Assembly: GCA_048939245.1 (NCBI GenBank)
Contig: JBHLPR010000001.1
Location: 82,622-146,621, forward strand
Reading direction: 5' to 3'
Length of the DNA stretch: 64,000 nucleotides
Origin: Promethearchaeota archaeon
Lineage (GTDB): Archaea > Asgardarchaeota > Hermodarchaeia > Hermodarchaeales > Hermodarchaeaceae
In this document: piece after piece, positions 18,470-28,600 of the stretch
How positions within the stretch are numbered: the stretch's first letter is position 1
How the letters are laid out: each line of letters opens with the position of its first letter
Position numbers and translations under genes: made by a program
Notes under the pieces: generated by a model
Told to the model about the DNA's origin: nothing
Database searches by the model: none
Seen by the model: the letters and a program-made list of their open reading frames with translations, nothing else

Positions 18470-18994
18470 TTAGCTCACTTCCTCCACACCAGTCCAAGGC
18501 ATGATAAAGTGTCGAAAAACCACATACAACCATGCTCCAACATAAGCGCGCATTGGATACTGGAATAGCCAGTTCCATTGCTCGCTGAGTTCTGCATTAA
18601 CAATTGATTCTATAGCATCACCAGTGAACGTGAAATTTTCCCAAATAGTGGTTTCTTCACCAGGTGCTAAGATGATATCACCAAATGTATCTCTGTATGC
18701 AATTAATTGATCATTCAAGTAGACCACGAAGGCATATCCTTCAATGCGAATCAGCTTTGAACCATTATTCTTCAAGGGTAATTCGATGGCAATGATTCGA
18801 GTTGTCGAATTAGGTGTTATTTTTAGAACGCGACTTATTTGAGGAGCGAACTCATTGGTAGTATCATACACACCCACAAATTCCATGGAGAGAACAATAC
18901 TTACAATCCCAGACACTACTATAACCAAAAAGAAGATGGCTGTAACTAGTTTCTGGTAGCGTTTCTGATTTAGTAGTGCTTTGATTCGTTTCAT
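18470..18994 (-). CDS. N-terminally anchored protein with LEA_2/NDR1-like beta-sandwich pattern
   Basis: A single TM (LVTAIFFLVIVVSGIVSIVL) is followed by ITPNSTTRIIAIELPLKNNGSKLIRIEGYAFVVYLNDQLIAY. That stretch resembles LEA_2 domains. The assignment is pattern-level only. Confidence 0.45.
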   Translation of the reverse strand: MKRIKALLNQKRYQKLVTAIFFLVIVVSGIVSIVLSMEFVGVYDTTNEFAPQISRVLKITPNSTTRIIAIELPLKNNGSKLIRIEGYAFVVYLNDQLIAYRDTFGDIILAPGEETTIWENFTFTGDAIESIVNAELSEQWNWLFQYPMRAYVGAWLYVVFRHFIMPWTGVEEVS

Positions 18995-19153
18995 TTGGGG
19001 GCGTCACTCGCCCTGCGACAAAGTGTCTTCATTGTAAAAAGGTTACTGTCAATGCAAAGAGACTGTCAATTACCTATCATGCTAATAATTGCTACTTGCA
19101 CCATAAGCAAAGCTTATAAAAGCCTAGTCTGAATTGGCAAGACGCTTGGATAA

Positions 19154-20152
19154 ATGCTGGAGGCTAAGCATGTGGGCCTACGTGAGTTCGTAATACGGCG
19201 TATAATTAACAGCTTCATCCTTATTCTCGGCGCCATCATCTTCAATTTCTTCGTTTTTCGGATGATGCCCGGTGATCCTGTCTCGATTTTAATAAGCCCC
19301 TCAATCGATATTAACCAACAAGAACTTGCAGATGCACTTCGCGCCATGTGGGGCTTAGACCAACCCCTCCATGTTCAATTTGGTCAGTATATCGTAAATA
19401 TGTTTACCTTCAACTTCGGAATTTCGTTTTCTGAAGGGAATCGCCCCGTGGTTGAATCTATTGCCGCTCGTCTTCCCAACACATTACTTCTGATGGGTAC
19501 CGCGGCAATTGTCACCATCGTCATCGGCATCGCCACTGGTATCGCCGCTGCGTCTAAGCGAGGCGGCGCTTTTGACATGGGCATGGTCACCACAGCGCTG
19601 GTCCTCTATTCAGTTCCCACCTTCTGGCTGGGGATGATGTTTATCCTACTCTTTGGCTTCTACATTCCTATTTTCCCAATGGGGGGCACCGTTAGTGTAC
19701 CCGCCCCGACTGATCCACTTGCTTATTCCTTGGATGTGGCATGGCACCTCGTACTTCCTGCCCTCACCCTGGCACTGGTTTCTTATGGTGGCTACATGCT
19801 CGTCATGCGGAACACCCTCATTGATGTGCTCACCGAAGACTATATCGTCACCGCCCGCGCTAAAGGCGTCGATGAACGCACGGTCTTATACAAGCACGCC
19901 CTCCGGAATGCGATTCTTCCCTTGGTGACCATGATTGCGTTAACCTTCGGGTTCCTCATTACCGGAGCGACCTTAACGGAAACGGTGTTTAACTGGTATG
20001 GTATTGGACGGTTGATATTCGACTCCGTCATTGCTCAGAATTATCCGGTCTTGCAGGCGCTTTTCTACATCATGGCGTTAACCGTGATTGTGGCGAACTT
20101 CATTGCCGATATTCTCTATGGCTTCTTGGATCCCCGTGTTCGATATGACTAA
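19154..20152 (+). CDS. oppB: Oligopeptide/dipeptide ABC transporter permease (OppB/DppB type)
   Basis: The N-terminus FVIRRIINSFILILGAIIFNFFVFRMMPGDP and the EAA-like loop EDYIVTARAKGVDERTVLYKHALRNA are diagnostic. Confidence 0.9.
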   Translation: MLEAKHVGLREFVIRRIINSFILILGAIIFNFFVFRMMPGDPVSILISPSIDINQQELADALRAMWGLDQPLHVQFGQYIVNMFTFNFGISFSEGNRPVVESIAARLPNTLLLMGTAAIVTIVIGIATGIAAASKRGGAFDMGMVTTALVLYSVPTFWLGMMFILLFGFYIPIFPMGGTVSVPAPTDPLAYSLDVAWHLVLPALTLALVSYGGYMLVMRNTLIDVLTEDYIVTARAKGVDERTVLYKHALRNAILPLVTMIALTFGFLITGATLTETVFNWYGIGRLIFDSVIAQNYPVLQALFYIMALTVIVANFIADILYGFLDPRVRYD

Positions 20153-20157
20153 TCTAG

Positions 20158-22254
20158 ATGGTGAATAACTTGGTTCGATGGAATGAGTACCGTGATAGGC
20201 TCTTAGGCTTTTGGAGAGAGTACCGAAAAAGCAAGATGGGTATCGCTGGAATCAGTATCATCCTTTTCTTCACTGGTATGGCTCTTACTGCACCTCTTAT
20301 AATGCCTTGGCCAAGCCCAATTTTGCCACAACAGGCTCCACCAATCGCCGCACCAATGTGGCTCCTACCTTTAGATCCTATAGGCTTTACCACAGTGTAT
20401 CCGATTGAAAATGGCAATTTTGATGACAGTGACGCTGGCTGGTTCTATAACGAAACAATACAATCTGAAGGATATAATGTTGTGAATAATTCAGAGTTCA
20501 ATGATAATGCGGATGAATGGAATTCCCTGATAGTAAATGGTGGAGGGATTACCTCTGCTGCCTATAATCCTTCAGCGGGTTCAACGACCTTTGGTGGGAG
20601 TGGGCCAGGCTGTTTTGAAGTCAGTTACGATGATACTAGCATAGTAACAGCCTATGGTGTTACAAACATTTACATCGAATACCAATTTAACTGGTTTGAC
20701 GACAAATTTCCACCTGGATTAATGAGTTTTCACCCATCGTTAGTGAGAGTTGGATACTCGATTGAATTCAACATGGACAACACCTTCGATGAAGTTGAGC
20801 AATTCGAAGCTCGTCTCGCCGTTGAGCTCATGAATTCATCTTTAATTCCCTATGAACTCCATTCTCAGGTCTATACGGTGACGGGTCTTCGACCATGGTC
20901 CAGTCAGAGTTATGATATGCCCCAACGAAACGCCACAAGTGTGTTTTCTGCAACCGATCTAATGATATTGCGGTTCAATATCAGGATGTTTAACCCCTAC
21001 GGCCATGATACTCCGGATGTAACTGTTCGCTTGGATGATATTCAATGTCAAATTCGTGCTAGCTACGCTGACCAGAGTGATAATCCCCTGATGGTTGGAC
21101 AGTTTAGTAGCACCGATGGAAGTAATGCGAGTGGACCTGGAAGCTACCTCTTTACTTACGAGGACACTGATAATACAACAGCACATTATGGCTCGACTGC
21201 TTGGGTGGAATATGCATTCGATTGGAATGAGTTAGATACACCAGAAGAAGTCTACTACACTTACTACTATACAGTAGAAGCGGATGGCAACTGGGGTGAC
21301 GCTCACGTCAATATTATCCAAGAATGCTATGTGGACAATACTGGAGAAACCGAAAACCTCTACTATTCCGATAACATTTATAGTGACCGTGCCTGGGGAC
21401 CGGGTCCAAGAGTGATATGGAACGTTTTTGCGAGAAGTAACACCTTTGGCAATAGGGGAACACTGAGAGTGCGATTCCGTGTTCTTATCACCGATCCAAC
21501 GCCCGAAGATACCGTAAGAATATCTGTCGGTGTAGACGACTGCGAATTAGAAGTATTAGGCAACTACTTCGGAAATCTCGGTGCTGGAGTATATGGAGAA
21601 GACCTTTTTGCACAATTACTATGGGGGGCAAGAATCGCTCTATTGGTAGGTCTCTGTGCAGCTTTCATTGCGGTCTTTGTAGGACTCATCGTTGGGCTCA
21701 TCTCAGGATATTTTGGGGGAATCGTTGATGAAGTCCTCATGCGAGTAACCGATTTCTTCCTAGTCATTCCAGGTCTTCCACTGATGATCGTATTGGCTGC
21801 TATTCTCGAACCCCGTTGGTATAATATTGTCTTAGTGATAGCATTAACCGGATGGACGGGAACTGCCCGACTTGTTCGATCTCAGGTTCTTGCTGAAAGG
21901 CAAAAAGCCTATGTTGAAGCCGCACACGCCATCGGCGCAAGTGATCTTTACATTATCTTCCGCCACATATTACCCAATGTTACGCCTCTTCTCTTTGCCC
22001 AGATTACCCTTGGAGTAGCTGGATCAATACTATCCGAAGCGGGTCTCAGTTTCCTTGGGTTAACGCATCCTTATGACGTGAGTTGGGGTCGAATGCTACA
22101 AGCTGCTGCGACTGGAGGCGCATATACACAAGGTGCTTGGTGGTATCTCTTCTTTCCTGGTATGTGTATCGTCTTACTAGCGATGTCATTTACTCTTGTC
22201 GGATATGCAGTCGATGAGATACTCAATCCACGCCTTCGAATTCGCAAGGAGTAA
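20158..22254 (+). CDS. oppC: Oligopeptide ABC permease (OppC/DppC type) with ~400-aa extracytoplasmic insertion of two jelly-roll (CBM4_9-like) modules
   Basis: The canonical OppC core covers res ~480-698 (GEDLFAQLLWGARIALLVGL ... YVEAAHAIGASDLYIIFRHILPN). TM1 lies at res 27-47. The loop between them is ~430 aa, whereas typical family members have roughly tens of aa. Confidence 0.85.
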   Translation: MVNNLVRWNEYRDRLLGFWREYRKSKMGIAGISIILFFTGMALTAPLIMPWPSPILPQQAPPIAAPMWLLPLDPIGFTTVYPIENGNFDDSDAGWFYNETIQSEGYNVVNNSEFNDNADEWNSLIVNGGGITSAAYNPSAGSTTFGGSGPGCFEVSYDDTSIVTAYGVTNIYIEYQFNWFDDKFPPGLMSFHPSLVRVGYSIEFNMDNTFDEVEQFEARLAVELMNSSLIPYELHSQVYTVTGLRPWSSQSYDMPQRNATSVFSATDLMILRFNIRMFNPYGHDTPDVTVRLDDIQCQIRASYADQSDNPLMVGQFSSTDGSNASGPGSYLFTYEDTDNTTAHYGSTAWVEYAFDWNELDTPEEVYYTYYYTVEADGNWGDAHVNIIQECYVDNTGETENLYYSDNIYSDRAWGPGPRVIWNVFARSNTFGNRGTLRVRFRVLITDPTPEDTVRISVGVDDCELEVLGNYFGNLGAGVYGEDLFAQLLWGARIALLVGLCAAFIAVFVGLIVGLISGYFGGIVDEVLMRVTDFFLVIPGLPLMIVLAAILEPRWYNIVLVIALTGWTGTARLVRSQVLAERQKAYVEAAHAIGASDLYIIFRHILPNVTPLLFAQITLGVAGSILSEAGLSFLGLTHPYDVSWGRMLQAAATGGAYTQGAWWYLFFPGMCIVLLAMSFTLVGYAVDEILNPRLRIRKE

Positions 22255-22268
22255 GGAGGAAAAAGAAA

Positions 22269-23246
22269 ATGGCTGTACTTGATGTAAACCACCTCAAGGC
22301 TTACTTTTTCATCGAAGCAGGTGCCGTTAAGGCTGTTGACGACGTATCTTTTGAATTAGAACGGGGAGAAACGCTCGGTTTAGCAGGAGAATCTGGTTGT
22401 GGCAAATCAACCACAGCTTACGCGCTCCTCAACCTCCTTCCTTACCCTGGACGCATTGTTGAAGGAGAAGTATTGCTTGATGGTGAAGATCTCACAAAGA
22501 AATCTCCTTCTGAGATGCGGAAGATACGTTGGGATGAAATCTCAATGGTCTTTCAAGGAGCAATGAATGCACTGAACCCAGTCCTGCGCATTGGTGACCA
22601 GATTGTTGAGGCTATTGTGCTCCATGAAAATGTTTCAACTGATGAAGCGTACAAGAAAATGGAAGACATCCTGGAAGTCGTGGGTGTTGATCCAACCAGA
22701 GCCCACAACTATCCCCATGAATTTAGTGGGGGAATGAAGCAGCGTGTCATGATCGCAATGGCATTAGTCACTGAACCCAAAGTCCTCATTGCTGATGAAC
22801 CCACCACTGCTCTTGATGTAACCGTTGAGGCACAAGTTTTGAAACTTCTCAAAAGTCTACAACAAAAATTTCAGCTATCCATTATCCTCATTACACATGA
22901 TCTTGCCACCATCGCCGAAGCGTGCGATCGCGTAGCGATTATGTATGCGGGACAAATTGTCGAACTAGCTGATGTAATTACCATCTATAAGGAACGGCTT
23001 CATCCCTATACCGAGGGTCTCATTCGATCAGTCCCCAGCTTATTGGGTACAGAAAAACTCGTACACATTCCTGGCGCTCCACCTGGGCTGGTCAACCCTC
23101 CCTCTGGGTGTCGCTTCCACCCACGTTGTCCGATAGCAACAGAAATCTGTACTCGAGAAGAACCAGAATTTCGGGAAATCAAAGAGAAGCATTTCGTCGC
23201 ATGCCATCATGCAGATCAACTCTGGGGTAAAAACGTCTGGAAGTAA
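22269..23246 (+). CDS. oppD: Oligopeptide ABC transporter ATPase (OppD type)
   Basis: Walker A is GESGCGKST, the signature is FSGGMKQR and Walker B is LIADEPTTALD. The C-terminal Cys motif is GCRFHPRCP..C...C. A strong AAGGAGG sits upstream. Confidence 0.9.
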   Translation: MAVLDVNHLKAYFFIEAGAVKAVDDVSFELERGETLGLAGESGCGKSTTAYALLNLLPYPGRIVEGEVLLDGEDLTKKSPSEMRKIRWDEISMVFQGAMNALNPVLRIGDQIVEAIVLHENVSTDEAYKKMEDILEVVGVDPTRAHNYPHEFSGGMKQRVMIAMALVTEPKVLIADEPTTALDVTVEAQVLKLLKSLQQKFQLSIILITHDLATIAEACDRVAIMYAGQIVELADVITIYKERLHPYTEGLIRSVPSLLGTEKLVHIPGAPPGLVNPPSGCRFHPRCPIATEICTREEPEFREIKEKHFVACHHADQLWGKNVWK

Positions 23247-23251
23247 TAACT

Positions 23252-24271
23252 TTGGCTACAACTGAAACTCTAATCAAAGTTCGGAACCTGAAAAAATACT
23301 TCCCGGTTCGCCGCGGTCTTATCGCTCAACTCGTTAGTCGCGAACAGATTTGGGTGAAGGCAGTTGACGATGTATCCTTCGACATTATGAAAAACGAAGT
23401 CTATGTGCTCGCGGGCGAATCTGGCTGTGGTAAGACAACCACAGGTCGTGTTATTCTAAACCTCACACCACCCAGTGATGGAAGCATCACCTATCAAGGT
23501 ATGGATTTAACTGAAATCACCAAACAGGAAATGAAAGCCCTTCGTCCCAAACTCCAAATTATTTTCCAAGATCCCTATGAGAGTCTCAATCCCCGACTTA
23601 GTATTCATGATAGCATTGGAGAAGCACTTCAAGTCAATCGGCTTGCAGAAAGCCGCGAAGAATTAACTGAACGTATCAAAATGGCTATGGAAGATGTCCG
23701 ACTCATTCCCCCTGAAGACTTCATATATCGATACCCTCACATGCTCAGTGGTGGACAGCGTCAACGTGTTGTCATTGCTCGTGCAATCGTTACACAACCC
23801 GAATTCATTGTCGCCGACGAACCCGTTTCTATGCTTGATGCTTCCATACGTGCTGAAATTCTCCAGCTCCTCAAAGACTTAATCAAAAAATATGATCTCA
23901 CCTATCTTTACATCACCCACGACTTAGCCTCTGCTCGGTATATCGGGGACCGGATTGGCATCATGTATTTGGGAAAAATTGTAGAGTATGGTCCCGTCGG
24001 ACGGGTAATCGATAATCCCAAACATCAATACACAGCGATTCTCGTTTCTGCGGTTCCCATTCCCGACCCAACTCTAGTTCATACACGACGCGCTCCCGTC
24101 GGTGAAGTTCCTTCGCCGATTAATCCACCACCAGGCTGTCGGTTCCATACCCGTTGCCCCTTGGCGGATGAGAAATGTCGACTCGAAGAACCTCCTTTCA
24201 AAGAGGTTGAAAAAGATCACTATGCTGCCTGTTGGCATTGGTTTGATCCCAAACAATGGGAAGACGAATGA
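23252..24271 (+). CDS. oppF: Oligopeptide ABC transporter ATPase (OppF type)
   Basis: Walker A is GESGCGKTT, the signature is LSGGQRQR and Walker B is IVADEPVSMLD. The C-terminal Cys motif is GCRFHTRCP..C. Confidence 0.9.
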   Translation: MATTETLIKVRNLKKYFPVRRGLIAQLVSREQIWVKAVDDVSFDIMKNEVYVLAGESGCGKTTTGRVILNLTPPSDGSITYQGMDLTEITKQEMKALRPKLQIIFQDPYESLNPRLSIHDSIGEALQVNRLAESREELTERIKMAMEDVRLIPPEDFIYRYPHMLSGGQRQRVVIARAIVTQPEFIVADEPVSMLDASIRAEILQLLKDLIKKYDLTYLYITHDLASARYIGDRIGIMYLGKIVEYGPVGRVIDNPKHQYTAILVSAVPIPDPTLVHTRRAPVGEVPSPINPPPGCRFHTRCPLADEKCRLEEPPFKEVEKDHYAACWHWFDPKQWEDE

Positions 24272-24344
24272 GCTCTATCTCAGTTCGATATCGCTTAGTT
24301 CAAGCGTTCCTGTGTTTCACTCAATTATGTACTCCACTAGGCTA

Positions 24345-25094
24345 TCACTGGTTGCGAAATAGCTGTTGGATGATTTCTGGTGCTTGAGGCGTGGCTTGTT
24401 TCAAATATTTGTCCTGGGAAAACAGGTCAAAGAATTTTGCCATCTCCCGGAGCTTGCCTACAACATCCAAAATGGTCCGTTTCTCAAAATCCATCTGTTT
24501 GATTACCACTTCAATATTTTCAAAAGTGGCATTCTCGAAAATCTTTGCTGCTTCTGGGACTTTTGGAATTTTCTTTGTAGCCAAGCAGATGAATGTATCT
24601 GCAAGACTTGAATAAAGGTCTTTTATGGACTCAAGAGTTCCCGTATATTGTTTTCCTTGGAGCAATTGATACGTCACTGTAAGCTGTAAATTCTTCAAAA
24701 TGTATTGTTTATTCTCAGGATATTCTACGATGATTTCTGGGGGAAGATTAATGGGATCGATTAATCGAAGAGCATACATTTCCGCCTCCGTCTCCACAAG
24801 GCCTTCAGCTATCAATGCAGTCTGCATTTCTTTCCGAGCATAATGCCAAACTAGATTTGTATTGATATTCCTGCCCTCAGGAATGATGATAAAATGCAAA
24901 CTTATCCCAAGGCCATACTGGCTTTTTGGACCACTAAGAAGAAAAGGCGTTCCCGTGTCAATGGGTAACGACGCCACATTGGAATCCATTTTTTCCGAAG
25001 GCTTACGTGGTACGGTTGTCTTGAATAATTTTAAGAGAGGAACAAACATCGTTGAAGACGGCGGCTTAGGCTTTCGTCGATAAAAAAACGACAT
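24345..25094 (-). CDS. Hypothetical protein (249 aa)
   Basis: Clean ORF 57 bp downstream of the small wHTH gene on the same strand. No motif recognised. Confidence 0.5.
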   Translation of the reverse strand: MSFFYRRKPKPPSSTMFVPLLKLFKTTVPRKPSEKMDSNVASLPIDTGTPFLLSGPKSQYGLGISLHFIIIPEGRNINTNLVWHYARKEMQTALIAEGLVETEAEMYALRLIDPINLPPEIIVEYPENKQYILKNLQLTVTYQLLQGKQYTGTLESIKDLYSSLADTFICLATKKIPKVPEAAKIFENATFENIEVVIKQMDFEKRTILDVVGKLREMAKFFDLFSQDKYLKQATPQAPEIIQQLFRNQ

Positions 25095-25151
25095 AGCTGG
25101 TCACTACTCAATCAACAAAATATGGCTTGCTATTGGTCGAAGTAATTAATA

Positions 25152-25406
25152 CTAACGGTTCATACGACGATCAACATGAAGCATGAACAGGGTTTGTCGT
25201 AAATCAGTGAGATTTGGTACCCGGGCAACCACGCCTTCAGCGACCAGTCGCTTCAACGCATACCGAACAGTTCGGGGGGCAAGATTGGTGTTTTTGACGA
25301 TGTCTTTGCTGGTCATTGGACCATTACTTTCAATAACATGAATGATCTTTGAAGCACTCGGCGGTTCCTTGTGACTTCTAAACCACTTCACATTGCCACC
25401 CATCAA
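25152..25406 (-). CDS. Small winged-helix DNA-binding protein (84 aa)
   Basis: MTSKDIVKNTNLAPRTVRYALKRLVAEGVVARV is a typical archaeal wHTH recognition-helix and wing layout. Confidence 0.6.
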   Translation of the reverse strand: MMGGNVKWFRSHKEPPSASKIIHVIESNGPMTSKDIVKNTNLAPRTVRYALKRLVAEGVVARVPNLTDLRQTLFMLHVDRRMNR

Positions 25407-25527
25407 ATCTTAAACGTTCCATTTTTAAAAGCGTTTCGAATACGGAAACGACAAAAGACGAAGAAATCTTCACAAATTCACTGGTTCCTTATAAAGCCCA
25501 TTAATCTTGGATGAAAAATACACATTA

Positions 25528-25538
25528 ACCTATAAAAA
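25528..25538 (+). promoter_or_regulatory. Candidate TATA box for the S8 protease gene
   Basis: The sequence cctataaaaag lies ~63 bp upstream of the ATG at 25601. A perfect 6-bp inverted repeat cctact-gtaa-agtagg follows between the box and the start codon. Confidence 0.3.
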
Positions 25539-25600
25539 GCTCATCAAACCACTATTTCGACAACCTACTGTAAAGTAGGACAACGGATGGAAAAAACAAA

Positions 25601-28600
25601 ATGAATGGAAGTTTGCTTCTTCCGAAGCGATCACAAACAGCACTATGGTTTTCAACGATTCTATTAGTTTCAATGTTTGTCGGTATCTCCGCTGCACCAA
25701 TAAGTCAGCTCCTAGCGCCTGCATTTACATCATCAACTCCTTCAGTGTTACCAGAGAATTTCTTCAATGGGAATCCTACAACTTCAATGCCAAAGGATGT
25801 CATTGATCCACTCGCAAACATCAATAAGAACTTACACTCATGGATTGAAACCGGAAGCGTGCCCTCGAATATTCGTAGTCGAGACGGCGCCTCCGCTGTT
25901 ATTCTTGGTGTAACATTAGATGTCGATTGGGATGAACTGGAACTCCTCATGGACATTAAAGATGTCTTCCAGGTAGGCCCAGGTTATCTTGTACAAGGCT
26001 GGGTTTCTACTCCCAAGAACCTCAAAGCAATTAACGCCCTTGATTACACTGGTATGATTACTGGTGACGAGTATATCGAATTTCGATCAGATTCTAATCA
26101 AGACCAACCCGTGGTCGACAAATATGTTGTGCGAGACATAATTGGCGTCGACGATATCGAAACCTACTATCCTGATATCAACGGAACAGGTGTCACAATT
26201 GGTATCTGCGATACAGGTGTTGACTTTGGTCACACTGATCTAGCTGGTCAACTTGACCGCGATGGTGGCTTACCCACCACTTTTGATCCTGGTGGAAATG
26301 GCATCATGATCACTAGCTACGCTCTTCCTGTGGTTGGTGGATATCTCCTAACAGAGGGTCTTGATTTCACCATGTGGGTCGCCGCATTCGGTGGCACACG
26401 CTTATCCAACACCACCTATGGCATCTACACTCACGATTTATTCGTTGGTGGATTTGGCGGAATCACAAGCATGTCTGGCTTTTATAAAGTCGGTATGGGT
26501 CTTATTGTTGGCTCAGGAGTTGCTCGCAACTTCTTCGTCTTCATGCTTGTTGACTCAACAACACCCTTTGTCTATGACACGCTTTACATCGACTGGGAAA
26601 CCAGCTGGGCTATAACCGCAGACTATAATGGCATAGCAACCAGCGTTTCAGCAGACTGGGACTTCACCAATAACGCACCCCACCAATGGGGAGACGGGAC
26701 AGAAGTCCTTGCCTTTGACGCGGATAGCGACGGTTATAATGACTACAGCGCTGGAAATCTTGGTTGGACCAACGATATCTATGACCTCATCACTGGTGAC
26801 CTAATCGGTGGTATTGATCCTCAGGGTCGAGGATTTGCCCACTTCCACGATAGTGCATACCATGGTACATGGTGCGCTGGTTCTGCTGCTGGTGCAGGAA
26901 TCCAGACGATGGACATCTACGGGAACGGCACACTCTACAATCTTCCTGGTATCGCTCCAGGCGCGAAGGTCATGGGCTTAATGACACTAACAGGCGGCGA
27001 CTACCTCACCACCTGGTTCTGGGGCGCCGGATATCATCCAGCAACCAGTCCTCCATCGAGGCCTTGGTGGCTCTGGACGTATACGGGTGCTCACCAAGCC
27101 GATGTCCTCAGTAACTCCTGGGGCTATGTCGACGAATTCTTTGGTGGCGCATACAACTTCTTCTGGGGTGTTGACGGCTACAGTGGCATCGTTGACTTTC
27201 TCTCCTGTGGTGGTCTTGAAGACTGGAACGATTATGCTGGTCCACCTCATCCAGCACCGGTCTTTGTGTTCTCCGCAGGAAACGCAGGTCCTGGTTATGG
27301 TACCAGTGGATCACCGGCTGGCCAAACGGCTATTATGGTCGGTGCAAGCACCACCGCCCACTACGCCCAACCCACCTACAACAACGACAGTTCACTCGGT
27401 GCCCAACCCTACGACCAAATTGCTGACTTTTCCAGCAACGGTCCTTTCCCACAATCTAGTCCACTGCCAGATGTGGTAGCTCCTGGAGCCTACGCTTTCG
27501 ATATTTCTCCATTAACCCTCGCTTACGGTGATGGAGCTGAAGCCTGGACAACCTGGGGTGGAACCAGTCAATCTGCACCCTTCACGGCTGGTGTCGTAGC
27601 GCTCATGAAACAAGTGAATAATGTTGCTCAACCCGATCCAGCAACCCGAGTCGGAGGCATCTATGAATCGCTCCTGAAAGCCTCAGCGGATGACATCGGT
27701 CAACCGGCCCTTCGACAAGGGGCTGGCCGCATCAACGCCTATCGGGCTATCGAAATGATGTTTGGCAATGCCACAGACCATTTCGGAAATCCGCTAGTCT
27801 ACATGTGGAGTGACAATACCTTCGGCGAATGGGGAACCTATGGTGATGTGTCTGGCTGGTGGCGCGCCTGGTACATGAACATGTATTACGGTGTGGTTGC
27901 TGGCACCAACACTTACAGTGACGGCGACAGTTACTATCACCCAGGTGTTTCTGGCTTCGCCGGTGCACCCAACGTCACTTGGTATGATGCAGGATTCACC
28001 ACACATTCCATGAAAGCTGGTGATACCAAGGAACTTCAGGTAGGAGCTGGGTTAGCTGGTGGGACGGTAGACCTAGACAGTATGAGCGCTGAATGGTTCA
28101 CACTTGTCAACGAATCGAGTCAGACCTTCACATCTCTCAGCACGTATACAACCTATCCACTCTTTGCAACTGGACACTTCGATAAAGCCTTCCAGGCACA
28201 ATTCATGGCCGCTGACTACGCCGTGATTCACCTCAACTATGGTGCCGACAACTTCGAAGAGGTCTATTTAACCAATGACCTATTCATGGCCAACTACGTG
28301 TTCCTCCATGACTGGAACGACACCAACGGTAACGGTATCATCGACTATCAAAGCGCTGATTCTGTTGGTGAAGTACGCCGTGTCAGTTACGACCAAACTG
28401 CCACTAATTGCCACCAAATCCATGTTGGCAATCCTGGTGCACAATGGAATGGCAACCGCAACGCAACCATCTACTACCACGATGTCGGGAACGAATTCTT
28501 CCTGTGGCGGTCACTTGAAGTTACCGTTACAATTCGACTCTTCAACCGTGTAACATGGAACTGGTTCAGCTTCGTCCAAGACTCTGGACAAATTTGGAAT

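Noticed and set aside
27087-27479. 130-aa alternative-frame ORF, plus several other 60-90-aa ORFs on both strands, inside the S8 protease gene.
   Set aside because: The S8 frame contains the complete catalytic motif set. The Thr/Pro/Ser-rich products are frame artefacts of a relatively GC-richer gene.
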